Source: Felis catus | Taxonomy: Eukaryota | Direction of reading: 5' to 3' | Assembly: GCF_018350175.1 (NCBI RefSeq) | Contig: NC_058368.1 | Location: forward strand, 112,656,001 to 112,720,000 | DNA length: 64,000 nt | In this document: positions 42,368 through 55,123 of the stretch, piece after piece | Layout of the letters: every line of letters begins with the position of its first letter | Position numbering within the stretch: the first letter of the stretch is position 1 | Position numbers and translations under genes: made by a program | The notes under the pieces: model-generated | What the model was told of the DNA's origin: nothing | Database searches by the model: none | What the model saw: only the letters and a program-made list of their open reading frames with translations

Positions 42368-42581
42368 GGGGCGCCCGGGTGGCGCAGTCGGTTAAGCGTC
42401 CGACTTCAGCCAGGTCACAATCTCGCGGTCCGTGAGTTCGAGCCCCGCGTCAGGCTCTGGGCTGATGGCTCAGAGCCTGGAGCCTGTTTCCGATTCTGTG
42501 TCTCCCTCTCTCTCTGCCCCTCCCCCGTTCATGCTCTGTCTCTCTCTGTCCCAAAAATAAATAAACGTGGAAAAAAAAACA
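42368..42581 (+). mobile_element. Young felid SINEC_Fc inserted in a MIR
   Basis: Perfect 19-bp TSD tttaatctgtaacggtata at 42348-42366 and 42582-42600. Confidence 0.96.
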
Positions 42582-42749
42582 TTTAATCTGTAACGGTATA
42601 CACACCATGTAATCATTGGGAGAATCAATACCAAAACAATGTAAAATGCTGAGTATAGTTAACAATAAATAACACAAATTACAAAATAAATAAAAACCTA
42701 AATAAATAAAAATTTATATTAAAAATAAAGCCTGTAATGGCAATTTAAA

Positions 42750-42820
42750 ACTTTTTATAGTTGACACACAATGTTATGTTATTTTCAAGTCTATAACATA
42801 GTGATTCAACATGTCTATGT
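42750..42820 (-). mobile_element. Short carnivore L1 3'-end fragment
   Basis: atagttgacacacaatgtta...acatagtgattc resembles the reverse complement of a carnivore L1 terminus. Confidence 0.55.
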
Positions 42821-43040
42821 TTAGGCAGTTTTTATTATTGTTACCACTTTGTTTTGGCCATTGATTTTACAGTCTTGACCTCTTGGTGTTTGTGGTTTTT
42901 AAATGCTGGAGTGAGAGCAAGACTGGCTCATAGGGAGGAAAATGTAAAACACTGGAGAAATCCTTGATTCTTCCCTCCCTCTCCTTCGAGTTCTAATCTG
43001 TATATCAAAAATATACTCTGAATATGTTCACTTTTCTTTA

Positions 43041-43609
43041 TCTCTGGTGATCACATCAATCCTGTCCTGGTTAGCACCTCCAGTCACCATACCTAGGTTA
43101 CCAGTGTTGAACTTGATTAAATCTGTAGTGTTGCCAGTCTCCAAATTAATCTGAATGAATTTGTTCCACTTGATGAAATCAGGGTAGTGGGTAGTGTCAG
43201 CATCATGCATCACCAGATAAGAGATTTCTCGTGTGCCCGCATAGATCTTTCTTATTTTCCACAACTTACATCAGGACTAATCTGATGAACATTAATGTGA
43301 TTCTTGGTGTCATAGTCAGATGGAAGTTCACTGTAGTCTTGTCATTGCTGATGACTTCCATTAAACCAGCATTGTGGTTTATATCAATGTGGACCTTGCC
43401 ATCCATGTCAATGAACTGCTATATGCAAATCTTCTTTACTTACTATTAGGGCATACTCAAATCTGTGTTTAAAGAAAGTAACAAGGGGGAGCCATTCTTA
43501 GCTTGTGGGCACCGGTGAATGGACAAAGAATAAGCGTCCCAGTTTGTCCAGATACAATGCTCTTTGGGACCATGAGCTGTGGCTGTGCTAAGCCTGGAAT
43601 CAAGAGGCC
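43041..43609 (-). pseudogene. Processed pseudogene of ribosomal protein eS4 (RPS4X-type), 3'-truncated and heavily decayed
   Basis: ORF 43028-43264 ([27 protein letters not shown]...[35 protein letters not shown]) aligns by eye to RPS4 [27 protein letters not shown]...[35 protein letters not shown]. Upstream there are frameshifted remnants (AHGPKEH, LDKL, VKKIC, DGKV) with no introns. The start codon has become ACA at 43580-43578. Confidence 0.92.
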
Positions 43610-44420
43610 ATAGAGTTTTGCATTTTCCAGAATGTCATATAAATGGAATCATTTATAGCCTTTTGAGACTGGCTTCTTTTACTCAGCTTAATGCCTTTGA
43701 GATCCATCCACGTTGTTGCATGTATCAGTAATTCATTTCTTTTTATTTGACATTTGCTGTGTGCTTGTGTCAGTTTATTTATACTTTCACTCAATGAAGG
43801 ACATGTGGTTGCTCCCAGTTTTTGGCAACTATGAATAACTCTTCTATAAACATTCATGTACAAATTCTTGTGTGAAGGTAACTTTTTAGTTTTTTAGGGT
43901 AAATATCTAGGAGTAGGATTGCTGGCTATATGGCAAGAATATGTTTAACTTTGTAAGAGACTGCCAGTTAGTTTTTGGAATGGATATTATTTTATATTAC
44001 CACCAACAAATTATGAAAGTTCCAGTTCATCCATAGTCTCGCCAGCATTTGTTATGGTCAACTTATTTTCTGTGTAGTGGTATCTCATTTTAGTTTTGAT
44101 TCGCATCCCCTAATGGCTCATGATGTCAAGCATCTTTTTATGTGCTCATTTGCCATTTTTGTATCTTTTTGATGAAGTGTCTGTTTACATCCTTTGTCCA
44201 TTTTTTTTAAATTGAGTTTATTTTCTTCTTGGGTTTTGAGAATTCTTACGTGTATTCTGGATATAATTCTTTTATAAGAGATAAGGTTTGTAAATATTTT
44301 CTCACTGTCTGTGGCTTGTAGTTTCATTCTCTTACTATCATCTTTCAAAGAACAGAAGTTTTAAATTTGTCATTTTTTTCTTTTATGATTATGCTTCTGG
44401 TGTTATAGCTAAACAATCTT

Positions 44421-44425
<5 letters not shown>

Positions 44426-44455
<30 letters not shown>

Positions 44456-44663
44456 TTTTTTCAACGTATTTTATTTTTGGGACAGAGAGAGACAGAGCAT
44501 GAACGGGGGAGGGGCAGAGAGAGAGGGAGACACAGAATCGGAAACAGGCTCCAGGCTCCGAGCCATCAGCCCAGAGCCTGACGCGGGGCTCGAACTCACG
44601 GACCGCGAGATCGTGACCTGGCTGAAGTCGGACGCTTAACCGACTGCGCCACCCAGGCGCCCC
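44426..44663 (-). mobile_element. Young felid SINEC_Fc
   Basis: Long poly(A) tail; perfect TSD taaacaatcttttctt (44410-44425 / 44664-44679). Confidence 0.96.
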
Positions 44664-45381
44664 TAAACAATCTTTTCTTAACACAAAGTCACAAATGTGT
44701 TCTCTTCTGTCTTGCTCTTACAGTTTTATAGTTTAGATTTTATATTTAGGTCTATGAACCATTTTGTTTTAACTTTTATATAAAGTGTAAGGTTTAGGTC
44801 AAGTTTCCTTTTATTGCACATACGTATTTATTTGTTCCAGGTGCATTTGTTAAAATATTCTTTCTCCGCTGAGTTGCTTTTACTCATTTGTCAAGATTGT
44901 TGACCGTATTTGTGTGGGTTTATTTCTGTGCTCTCTGTTCTGTTTCCTTGATCGAATATCTATTATTTCACTAGTATTTGGTGTTTTTATTTTTGTAGCT
45001 TTAAGTCTTAAGATGAGGTACTTTGAGTCTTTCAAGTTTGTTATTCTTTTTCAAGTTATTTTGTCTTTTCCTCATTCCTTTCCTTTTCATATGCATTTTT
45101 GAATAAGCTTGTTCACATCTACGACAAATTCTGCTGTGCTTTTTACTGGAATTGTGTTAACTCTATAGATCAGTTTGAGGAACACTCACATCTTAACTAC
45201 ACTGAGTCCTTTAAACTATGAACATGTTCTACCTCTATAGTATTTAGACTTTCCTTGATTTCTTTCCTTAGTGTTTTATGCCTTTTAACATACAGATTCT
45301 ACATTTGTTTTGTAAAATTTGTATCTAAGTATTTCCTTTTTTTAGCTATATGAAATATATTTTTTAAAATGCTGAGTTTCT

Positions 45382-45617
45382 GAGGTGCCTGGGTGGCTCA
45401 ATTGGTTGAGCGTCCAACTTTGGCTCAGGTTATCATCTCATGGTGTGTGGGTTCATGCCCTGCATTGGGCTCTGTGCTGACATCTCAGAGCCTGGAGCCT
45501 GTTTCAGATTCTGTGTCTCCCTCTTTCTCTGCCTATCCCCTGCTCATGCTCTCTCTCTCTCTCTCTCTCTCCCTCTCTCTCTCAAATAAACATTTAAAAA
45601 ATAATAAAAAATTAAAA
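45382..45617 (+). mobile_element. CAN-SINE (SINEC_Fc-like, older)
   Basis: Head, (CT)n and A-tail; TSD gctgagtttct/gcttagtttct. Confidence 0.92.
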
Positions 45618-47596
45618 GGCTTAGTTTCTAATTGTTCATTACCATGTATAGAAGTGTGATTGATTTTTTTCTGTGTTGAGCTTATATTTTGTGACTTGGA
45701 TAAACTTACTGGTGGTTTGTAGATTGCCTATAATGTTTACATAGATCAGCATGTTATCTGTGAATATGGATTGTTTACTCTTGAATGAACACTTAGATGC
45801 ATTTATTGTTATAAATACTAAAATAGTCACATGCTTTTATATTGGTTTAAAGATTTATAAAGTATTATGTCTCAACAAAATATTGCCAACAGATTTTTGC
45901 TGGCTTTCAACCTCAAATTACTGGCTCAAAAGTTTTTCCTTGGTTAATGTATTGAACAGTTTTTAGAGTATTCATCATGTATTTCTTGTGCTCTCTTTAA
46001 CACGGATATTACTAGAGATTCTTTGACTTTCAACTGTCCAGAATTTCTTCTCTTTTATTATGGTTCATAAATGTCACGAGCTCACTTATTATCGGGATGA
46101 ATCTCAGTCTCTAACACAGAGGACGAACCAAAGCCATCTAACATGGTATGTTGATGCTTGAATTTTTAGTGCTAAAGCTATTGTTTTGACAACACCACAA
46201 TTTATACTACACAACAACACAAATTACTACTTTGCTTAACTTTGGTTAAAAAGCCCAACTCTAAAACTTTTTCAAAGCTACTGACAAATGAAAAGAGAAA
46301 AAGAGAAGCTCATTATGCTGATCGGTCAAAAGTTAAGTGAATTTCTCAGACTGATGTTGTGGAGACACCCACATAGTACAGGATAATTAACACTTATTCC
46401 TCAGAGGAGACCTTAGAAATTAGATTAAACAATGGTGTGGGCCTCAAATCTACTCCCCCTTCTCCTCTGTTCAGGGACACAGTTATGGGAGAGGAATGTT
46501 CATTGAAAGCTTCAACTGAAATACAGTTGGACGTAAATCAACATTTGTGTGCATGCTGGGAGGTTTTCTGTGTTTGATATTTAGGCAGAGTTTGTTTAAA
46601 AAAGTATTATAATAGCAGTTTACAATAAAAGAGTTCTAAACGTTTTAGTATTTCATTAAGTGGTAATAATTACTCTTTAAAGATGGTGAAAATATTATTC
46701 CACTAAGAGAAAGACTGAGAATTGACCATCACATTTAACAACTTGGAGGTCATTGGTCACATTGATGGGAGCAGTTTTGGGAGAGTAGAGGGTATAACTG
46801 GTGAGGATTAAAGATTGGGAAGAGAGAGAATTTAGGCCCGTAATATAGACAGCTCTTCTGAGGAATTTTATTGCAAAGGAAGGCAGAGAACTGGCAAACT
46901 AGCTGATGTGAGAAGTAGGCTCAAGAGAAGCTTTCTTTTTGCCCACCTCTTGCTTCCCTTCCTCCCGATATCCCTCCCTCCCTCCTTCCCTCCCTACTTC
47001 CTTCCTCCCTTCTCCTGATGGGAGAAACCATAATATTTTGTATATTGTTAGGAACTTTTCAGTGGAAATTATACTGAGCATTGTATATCATATTAGTAGA
47101 TCATTGTATTAATCCAGTAGCTCAAAAGCATATATGACAGAAGATTAGATATTCATATATAAATGAAGAAATAGATTTAGATAGAATCACATATGGTTTA
47201 TCTATAGTAGGAGGGAAGGTCAAGCATGTGGGTGAGCATGCCATTAGGTAGATGAATTGGTGGTGGGAATCTGTAGACATTTTCTTTCTATTGTATCACT
47301 TTTTTTTTCAGTGAAATGGGAACTAAAAATTAACAGCTGAGAGTAAGAATTGGGGAAGAGATGATAGAAGTTTGAGAAGAGGTCTAAATAGGTTTTAGGA
47401 AAATTTAAGAGTGAATAAATTCAGGAAACAGGATATAATTACGGGAGGACCAAAAAGAGTTTATTTGAGGTTCATGGTCAGAAATTTAAAATGAAGCCAG
47501 CTATTGTGGTTGTTTTTTTCTAACCACATTAACCTCCCTGGGTACTGGCATGGAATAGGTAGAATACAGCAGATCAGGAGAGGGGCAGAGGAGTGG

Positions 47597-47697
<101 letters not shown>

Positions 47698-47780
47698 AAT
47701 TATAGTCCATGGAATTGAGGCTGTTATGAAGGGAGACAGGACTTTCAGGGGAGAGGAAAGTGGAAAGGTTAGGAAATTAG

Positions 47781-48580
47781 ATGCAACTACATGTTGTCTA
47801 CAAGATACTGCTTTAAATATAAAGTTGACAGTTTCTTATAAAACTAAACATAATCTTACCATATGATCCATCAGTTGTACTCCCTGGTATTTACCCAAGG
47901 GGGTTGAAAACTGTGTTTACACAAAAAGTTGTACATAGATGCTTATGTTTATAGATGCTTTATTCATAGTTGCCAAAATTGAGAAGTAACCAGGATGCCC
48001 TTCAGTGGGTGAATGGATAAATAAATGGTGGTACATCCAGGCAATGGAATATTATTGAACACTTAAAGGAACTGAGTTACCAAGCCATGAAAATACATGT
48101 TGGAAGCTTGAATGCATGTTGTTAAGTGAAAAAACCAATCTGAAAAAGATGCAGATTGTATGATTTCAACTATATGACAGCCTGGAAAAGGCAAAACTAT
48201 GGAAATAGTAATAAGATCAGTGGTTGTCAGGGGATGGGGACAGGAGAGTGGAGAGGGTTAAATAGGTATAGCACAGAGGATTTTTAGGACAGTGAAGCTA
48301 CTTTGTATGATACTGTAATGGCAATGTGTGTCATTCTACATTTGCCCAAACACTTAAGATGCACAACAGCAAGCATGAACCATAATATAAAATATGGACT
48401 TTGGGTGATAATGATGTGTCAGTGTAGGCTCATCAGTTGTAACAAATATACCAGTGGGGGATATTGCTAATGGGGGAAGCTATGCACTTAGAGGGGCAGG
48501 GGATATACAGTAACTCTCTGTATTGTCTCCTCAATATTGCTGGGAACCTAAAACTGCTATAAAAGTAGTTATTAAAAAAA
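47781..48580 (+). mobile_element. L1MC-like 3' end with A-tail
   Basis: cttaccatatgatcca...gtgggtgaatggataaataaa...gggaacctaaaactgct...aaaaaaa. Confidence 0.88.
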
Positions 48581-51500
48581 GATTAGTGGGTTGGAGGCCA
48601 TGGGGCAGGCAAAAGATTGATAGAGTTGGGATTTTAGAGGCAGAAGGAGAAGTTTGAGTGAGTGGTCAGAGAATGTGAGTACGATGCTGAGATTATGGAG
48701 AGTTTGCGTTTATTCATCAGGACAGATTCAGGCTCAGATGGGCTCATGGTGACGACATTCAGACTGCTGGAGGACAGAGTGATCCACTGTTGTAGGCAGC
48801 AGTGATGAGGGGTAATGGGTAATATAATCTGATGAAATATGATTCAAAGCTGAATATTCTTGGGGAGGAGAGAAGGAAGAAGGTCGGGAAGTAGTAAGGA
48901 GCAGCAAGAGAGATATGCCCACTCCACTTCTCCAGGCCCAGGGGTGTGGGGACCATGGGAGCAAAACCTCGCTAGGGTTACAGGGGAAATATGTCCCTAA
49001 GGAGCACACCCTTTCAAAGAGGGAGATGTGATGCATCTCTGAGTAGAGGGGGCAGTGTGATGGGGGATGTTGCTAAGGAGGAACTATGACTTCCAGAGGG
49101 TGAAGTGGGGGCTGTCTGGAGATGAAGGGTATGTGGGATCTGAGGACAAAGTAGGGGATAGAAGGAGCCTTGTGGAGAATCGAGTACAGGTTCTGAGGGG
49201 GTGACCTCAGAGATGGCAGTAACAAAAGGAAGGATTACAACACTTACACTGTGAGGATTCAGTGAGGCAAGGCTAAACATTTGGCACGGTGCTGGCCACA
49301 CAGGTTGCACTCAGTACCTTTTAGCTGAGAAGGATTCAAAGCCACCTCCTGCCCCTAGCACTCCCTTCTGCACATCCCCTCACTCATTTGATGGATGAGA
49401 AAACTGAATGTTAAGATTTAACACACATGGCTGAATTCTCATTAATTGTAGCTGGAATCACTGAAATAATTAATGGATGAGAGATGCGGGGTAAGAACCT
49501 GAGCCTGGTGCTCATTATTGCAGATGAACATTGAAAAGCTTCAACCCATGTTGTAGCTTTCATGCGTACACTTAATTGTTTCATTAACCTTCACCATATC
49601 AATAAGCTCATGCTCCAGAGGATCATAAAAGACAGATATTCTTCAGCATTTAATCTCCATTTAGGAATGCAGATCCAAGGAAGGTGGTTTAAGTCTAGTA
49701 CATGACTCAGACAGCAGCATTTCTCACCTTGACTGTCCCAGGGGGATTTAGACAGCCCCCAGGTCCTCAAATCCAGGGTTGTGCCCTGAGGGTGGAGTGG
49801 GGTGGGGCTGGCCTCCTGCTCCAGTGACCCGCTCAAAGGCCCGACTCTAACTCTGCCACTGGTCACCCACTGCCTCCTTGAATTTATTATTTGCTTCTGT
49901 GAGGAGGCCTTCCTTTATCCATCCCATACTTACTCCCTGCATTTCCCAGTGGGTTTTCCGTGTCCTTCACGATATGGGGAAGTTGTTTGTATGGGAGCCA
50001 TTGGTGATCTCAGAACTTTTCAGCACAGGCCTGGTCAATGTTTGCATGAAAAGACTGACTGGGAGGTCAGAATCAGAGTGTCTGGGTCCTGATCCCAGCT
50101 TTGCCGCATGCTGCCTGTGTGATTTTGAGTGTATTCTTAATCTCTCTATGTGTAACGGGGGTTGGTAATTGGTGTAATGGGGATAATAATGCTATTTGCT
50201 TTGTAGGGTTGCTGCAAGGTGTAAATTAAATAAGATAATTTTTATAGGTTGCTTAGCACAGTGTGTGACAGGTATTAACCAGTATGATGACACTTGTGCC
50301 TTGTAGGTTAGTGGAGAGCATGGAAAAGTGCCTTTTCTAGTAAAGTTGACACATTTTATGATTGGATTCAGTCCCACAGCTTCACGCTGTGTCGGTCCTC
50401 AGGTGGAACAGGCAGCCAGCAGGACCAAGGTGCAGACATGAAGTAGAGTCCCTGATCATTCACAGTGGGTACTGAGCCTGATTCCTCAGGTGACCGCACT
50501 GCCTTTCTTAGGCGGTGTTGACAGTGCCTCTGGTGGTACTTTGGTTTCCAACCCGATTTTTGGTTTACTTAATTGGCAGGTACTGACATCATTAGAGGCT
50601 CCTCAACCCATCACCATGACATTGTGAGGTCCCAAAAGTAACGGATAGTTCTGCTTGTTGATTTTATAATAAGTCCCCTCTGATGGAGTCGGAGGCCTGC
50701 CTAAGGAGAGTGGCTGATGAGCAATTCAAGTATTTTATTCACTAATTCAGCAAGTATATTTGAGCACCCACTGTGTGCCAGGCACTGGGGATACAGACCT
50801 AAACAAAACAACAGTCCTTACTCTTGAGGAATGACATGTAACCAGGTATGAACTACAAGGTGACTAAAAGTGCTACCCTTCAGGAGAGGCAGAGTATAAA
50901 CTGAGACCTGGGGATGTGTAAAGTGAGGAATGACCAGGCGGGAGTGGGGAGGAGAGGTAACAGGGAAAGGACACTCCAGGAAGAGCGACTGGCAAGTACA
51001 GAGGCCAGAGGGGAGAGAACATGTGGACTGTGTGTGGACTGGGACGGGTATTAGCTACTCTTGCCATAGCACAGGTATGTGCATACATTATGCATATTAT
51101 CCACTGTTTTCTCTAACTTCTCATCATTAAATAAGCATGAACATGGTTGGGTATCCAAAGAATTCATGCACAGTCTCTGCACATCCTTATTCAGATTAAA
51201 GATGCTACTTGGTTCTCTCTCATGGAACCCCTAGCAGTGCCTCTGCTCAGCTTTCTGCTTTTTATACTGGAACCACAGGGAACTGAGACTGGAAGACAGG
51301 TGTGCCCATGTGAGACTTGTTACATCCCCACACCTCCCAGCCACCTCTGCACTCCTCCCTCCCTTTCTCCTCTCCCAGCCCTTCACCTGCACACACACAC
51401 CACTCTATCAACCATCCATCAGTCAGCGATTCCAGTGATTTGTGTTTGGTGTGATTGCTCCAAACTGTGAGTCAAGACAATGCTCAGGATGTGTGGGTTG

Positions 51501-52639
51501 AAAGAGGAAGAGGGACCCTGGTGGTTCCACTTACACAGAAACAGCCCTCTGTCCCTTGCCTTCCTGTCCTGCTCACATGGGGCTGGCCTAGGCATGACTG
51601 GTTGGTCTTTGTACCCAGTAGAGTAGGAGTTGGGACCTCACAATGTCATGGTGATGGGTTGAGGAGCCCCTAATGATGTTTCCCCCCATGATATTTCTGG
51701 TCTTATGACTCCCAGCAGGATGTCACCCACCCCTGTTCTGTAACGGGTTCTCCTGTCTTCATGGTGAGAAGTTCTGGGAATGGATGGGAAGCAGAGGGTT
51801 TGCAGAGTTTTCCCCTGCATTGGCCGGGGGACCTCGTAGCTCCTTCCTCAGATATGCAGAGAAACAGCATGGTAGGGTGAGGAGCCATTGCTTGTGTCAG
51901 GCGAATTCCAAAGGGGGCAGCAAGGTGACCGCTCTTCATGGGGCACCGGCTTTTAGCAATTGTGTTTTTGGGGTCTGTTTGCCCCAAACTGTACTATACT
52001 ATCTATTGTCATACAGTATAGCTGTGGAGTGGTGCTGAATGGACAACTCCCTGTTCTTGGATCTTTACTAAGCCTTAGTCCACAAGCACACTTGAGTCAC
52101 TTTGGTCTGTGGATTGGCTCAGGGAAGAATGCGCATATTCATTAATTTATTCAAAAAAATGAACAGAAGTCTATGCATGCTGACCTCTGTGCTAGGGCCC
52201 TGGGGATACAATGAAGAGCAAGGCAGGCATGGCTGCTGCCTTCATGGAGCCAACAGACCAGAGGAAAAGGTAGACAGTGGAGGTCCTGCAGTGAAGTGTG
52301 ATGAGGATCTCACCTTTTTGTGCAAACTAGACCTGAGTTTCTGTACATTGAGTCTCATCGTAATTCCTGGGAAAATATTTCCTTACAAATAAACCCAGCT
52401 GGTAAGCAGTAAAAACAATATGAGTCTGTTATCTCGAAAACTTGTGCACTTTCCAGTGATTCATCCTCACAGAGATGTTCCATCCAGTTCAGCACGTGCT
52501 TCCTGAGCCTTCCGTATTCTAGAAGCTGTACCCAGCACTGGAGATGCAAGGAGGAGTGAGATGCAGTCGCTGCCCACCCATGGGAGGGACAACACATAAC
52601 CCAGTCATTTCAGTATTAGGCTGCAATGCTGGTCATTTC

Positions 52640-54420
52640 ATTCCACAGATATTGAGTACCCACCCTGTGCCAGGCAGTGGTCTAGATTGTTGAGATTCAG
52701 CATAAGCAAAACAGAACCTGTGCCCTTGAGGAGCTTGTATTTTTTTCTGGGGGCATGGGGACTGTAGATTGCTGTTTTACACAGATGGTGTGGCAGGAAC
52801 TCCCTGAGGAGGTGCTTTTGGATAGACAATTGAAGTTGGTGAAGGAGGCAGCTATGAAGATGTACAAGGAAAGTGTTCCAGACAGATGGTTACCAGTGCA
52901 AAAAAGGAGAAGTGTGCAAAGTCAGAAGAGGAGGGGATCTGGTATTTTTGAGGTACAGCAAAGAAGCCCATTCCTGGGGCAAAGTGGGTGAGCAGGACGA
53001 AAGGAAGAGATGGGTCTGGAGGAACAGCTAGGGTACATATGGCCAAAGGCCTAATAGCACTTGTCAGGACTGTGGCTTTTACTCTATTAAGGTGGAGAGT
53101 CCTTGGAGGGTTTCAAGAAGCAGAGTTAACATGATCTGATGAATGCTTGAAGAGTATCATTCTGGCTGCTAGGATGGGATAAACTTAAGGGGCAAGAGCA
53201 GAAGCGTGAAGACCAACGAAGAGGCTGTTGTAGTTACCTGGGAGAGAGATGAGGGTGGCCTGGACCACCTCATTTACCAGAAAGGTAAATGGTCAAACTG
53301 GTGATAAATATAGATAGAATTCTGGATATCTTTACAATACAGAGCCAAGAGGATTTACTGATGAGTTGGGTATGAAAAGACACAAACAGAGGAGAGATAG
53401 GGCGAATGAGGTTTTTGGTCCAAGCAAATAGAAAGATAGTTACCATCTTTGAGATGAATACTGTGTTAGATAATCTCATTGTTTCACAGATATTTCTCCC
53501 TCCTTCCCCACCTCCATAAGACCAGTATACTTCCATCAGTACTGATGTCTGCTTAGTATGGGACTTGCTTTAGCCCATGAAACTGATGGTGTGTGACTTC
53601 TAAACCTGGGTCGTAAGAGGCATCCTGTATATTCCCTTGGCCCTGTGGGAAGTGTGACTTCCACCAAGGGAAGAATGTGTCACTACCTATCTGTCCTGGA
53701 CCCCAGAATGAGATGTGTGGAGGAGCCTTCTCCCCTTACCCTTAGACTTGTGAACGTTACAATAAACACTGACATGTAGACAACTGATGGTTTGGGGTAG
53801 TTTGTTACACAACGATATTGTGGCAATAATGGACTGATAAAAGGATAGATGTAGGCTTACTGCTTTGGGACATCAACATCAAAGACAGGTTTTTTAGCGC
53901 TGTCTGGGTATTCAGGGAAGTTGTCTCGGAGGAAATAAGTCATAGCTGAATCTTGAAGGATAAATCAGAGTTACTCAGTTCAATAGGTAGAGAAAGGGCA
54001 TTCCATGTTGGGACAGAACATAAACAAAGCCATGCTATACAAATATATAGGGAACTATTGAAGTAGAGGTAGAGGGTGGCAGAAGATGATGAGTCTGGTG
54101 AAGTAAAGAGGAGCTGGGACATGGAGTGTTTTGTATTTCCTGATAAGGAGCTTGGACTTTATTCCATAGGCAGTGGGCAGCCATCAGCCCTTTTTAGGAG
54201 GGAGAATGGCATGGTCTGGTTTGCATGTCGGTGGGATCCTTCTGGCCCTGTGTGAAGGATAGCCTCGGTGTTGGGGAGTATTGTGGCCTGGAGATAGGAC
54301 CGTGGTTGGAGCTGCTTCAGTGTACAGTGGTAAGGATGTAGGGATGGAAATGGATTGGGGAAACATTTAAGTATTAATACTAACAGGACCTAAAGGACGG
54401 AGAGAAAACGAGAGTTCCAT
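52640..54420 (-). mobile_element. L2 fragments with a nested MLT1-type LTR (~53480-53835)
   Basis: L2 3' end cattccacagatattgagtacc plus purine-rich body; LTR end ttggggtagtttgttac...tggcaata...actgata. Confidence 0.65.
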
Positions 54421-55123
54421 GTGAAGCATGCTTGGGACGTAAAACACTGGAAAGGGATTCTCTTTACATGTTAACATCTGGTGGGATAAAGGATGATTTT
54501 TCTTTTCTTTTTATGCACACATTCGTTTTCTACATTAATTGTGTATTACCAGTATAATCAGAAAAAAATTTTTGAGTGTGTTCTGGTGTTTAAATTTGTC
54601 TAATATTCTTTGGATGACGTTTGCTGAGCCCTTAAGCCTGAGTGTTGGCAAGGTGGTATCCAGCCTTGGTGCTATCTTGGCCATGGCGGTAGTCTTCTCT
54701 ACTTGACAGCGAATGACTTTGTTTCTTTTTTTAATATGAAAGTAAAATAAGATCCAAAAAGAAGTTCAGAGCAAATGTGACCTGCGCATGTTATTGGCAT
54801 CAACTGTGTATTGTGGAAACATTTCAGAGAAGCACGAATGTTGAATTGGCATCACCAGATAACATACCCTTCCAGAGGATTATGTCATGACTCACCTGAT
54901 TATAGATTCAGAATAGTACATGTTCATGGGACTCATTTTCAAGAGTAATTATAGCACAGTGTGTGTATAGAAGTAATTTTTAAAAATTTGCTTGTGATTG
55001 CTGAAAATGCTATTGATTAAGAGGGGCTAATAACTACATGGCAAAGTAGCTATTAAAAAAACTGCAGAACTACACTATATGTTAACCAGCTTGGATTTAA
55101 ATTAAAAAAATAAAATAAATAAA

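Larger units (their letters stand above)
43610..45780 (-). mobile_element. L1M (L1MB/MC-like) ORF2 end and 3'UTR fragment carrying two SINEs
   Basis: Decayed ORF2-like peptides in the ORF track (44118-44348 MKLQATDSEKIFTN...; 43600-43863 NELLIHATTWMDLK). Confidence 0.88.

Noticed and set aside
54896..55049. Perfect minus-strand donor CAG|GTGAGT at 54895-54894 with possible acceptors at 55001 or 55050
   Set aside because: Candidate exons contain an in-frame stop or shift frame and lie in AT-rich, repeat-adjacent DNA; cannot be told from a chance pseudo-exon.
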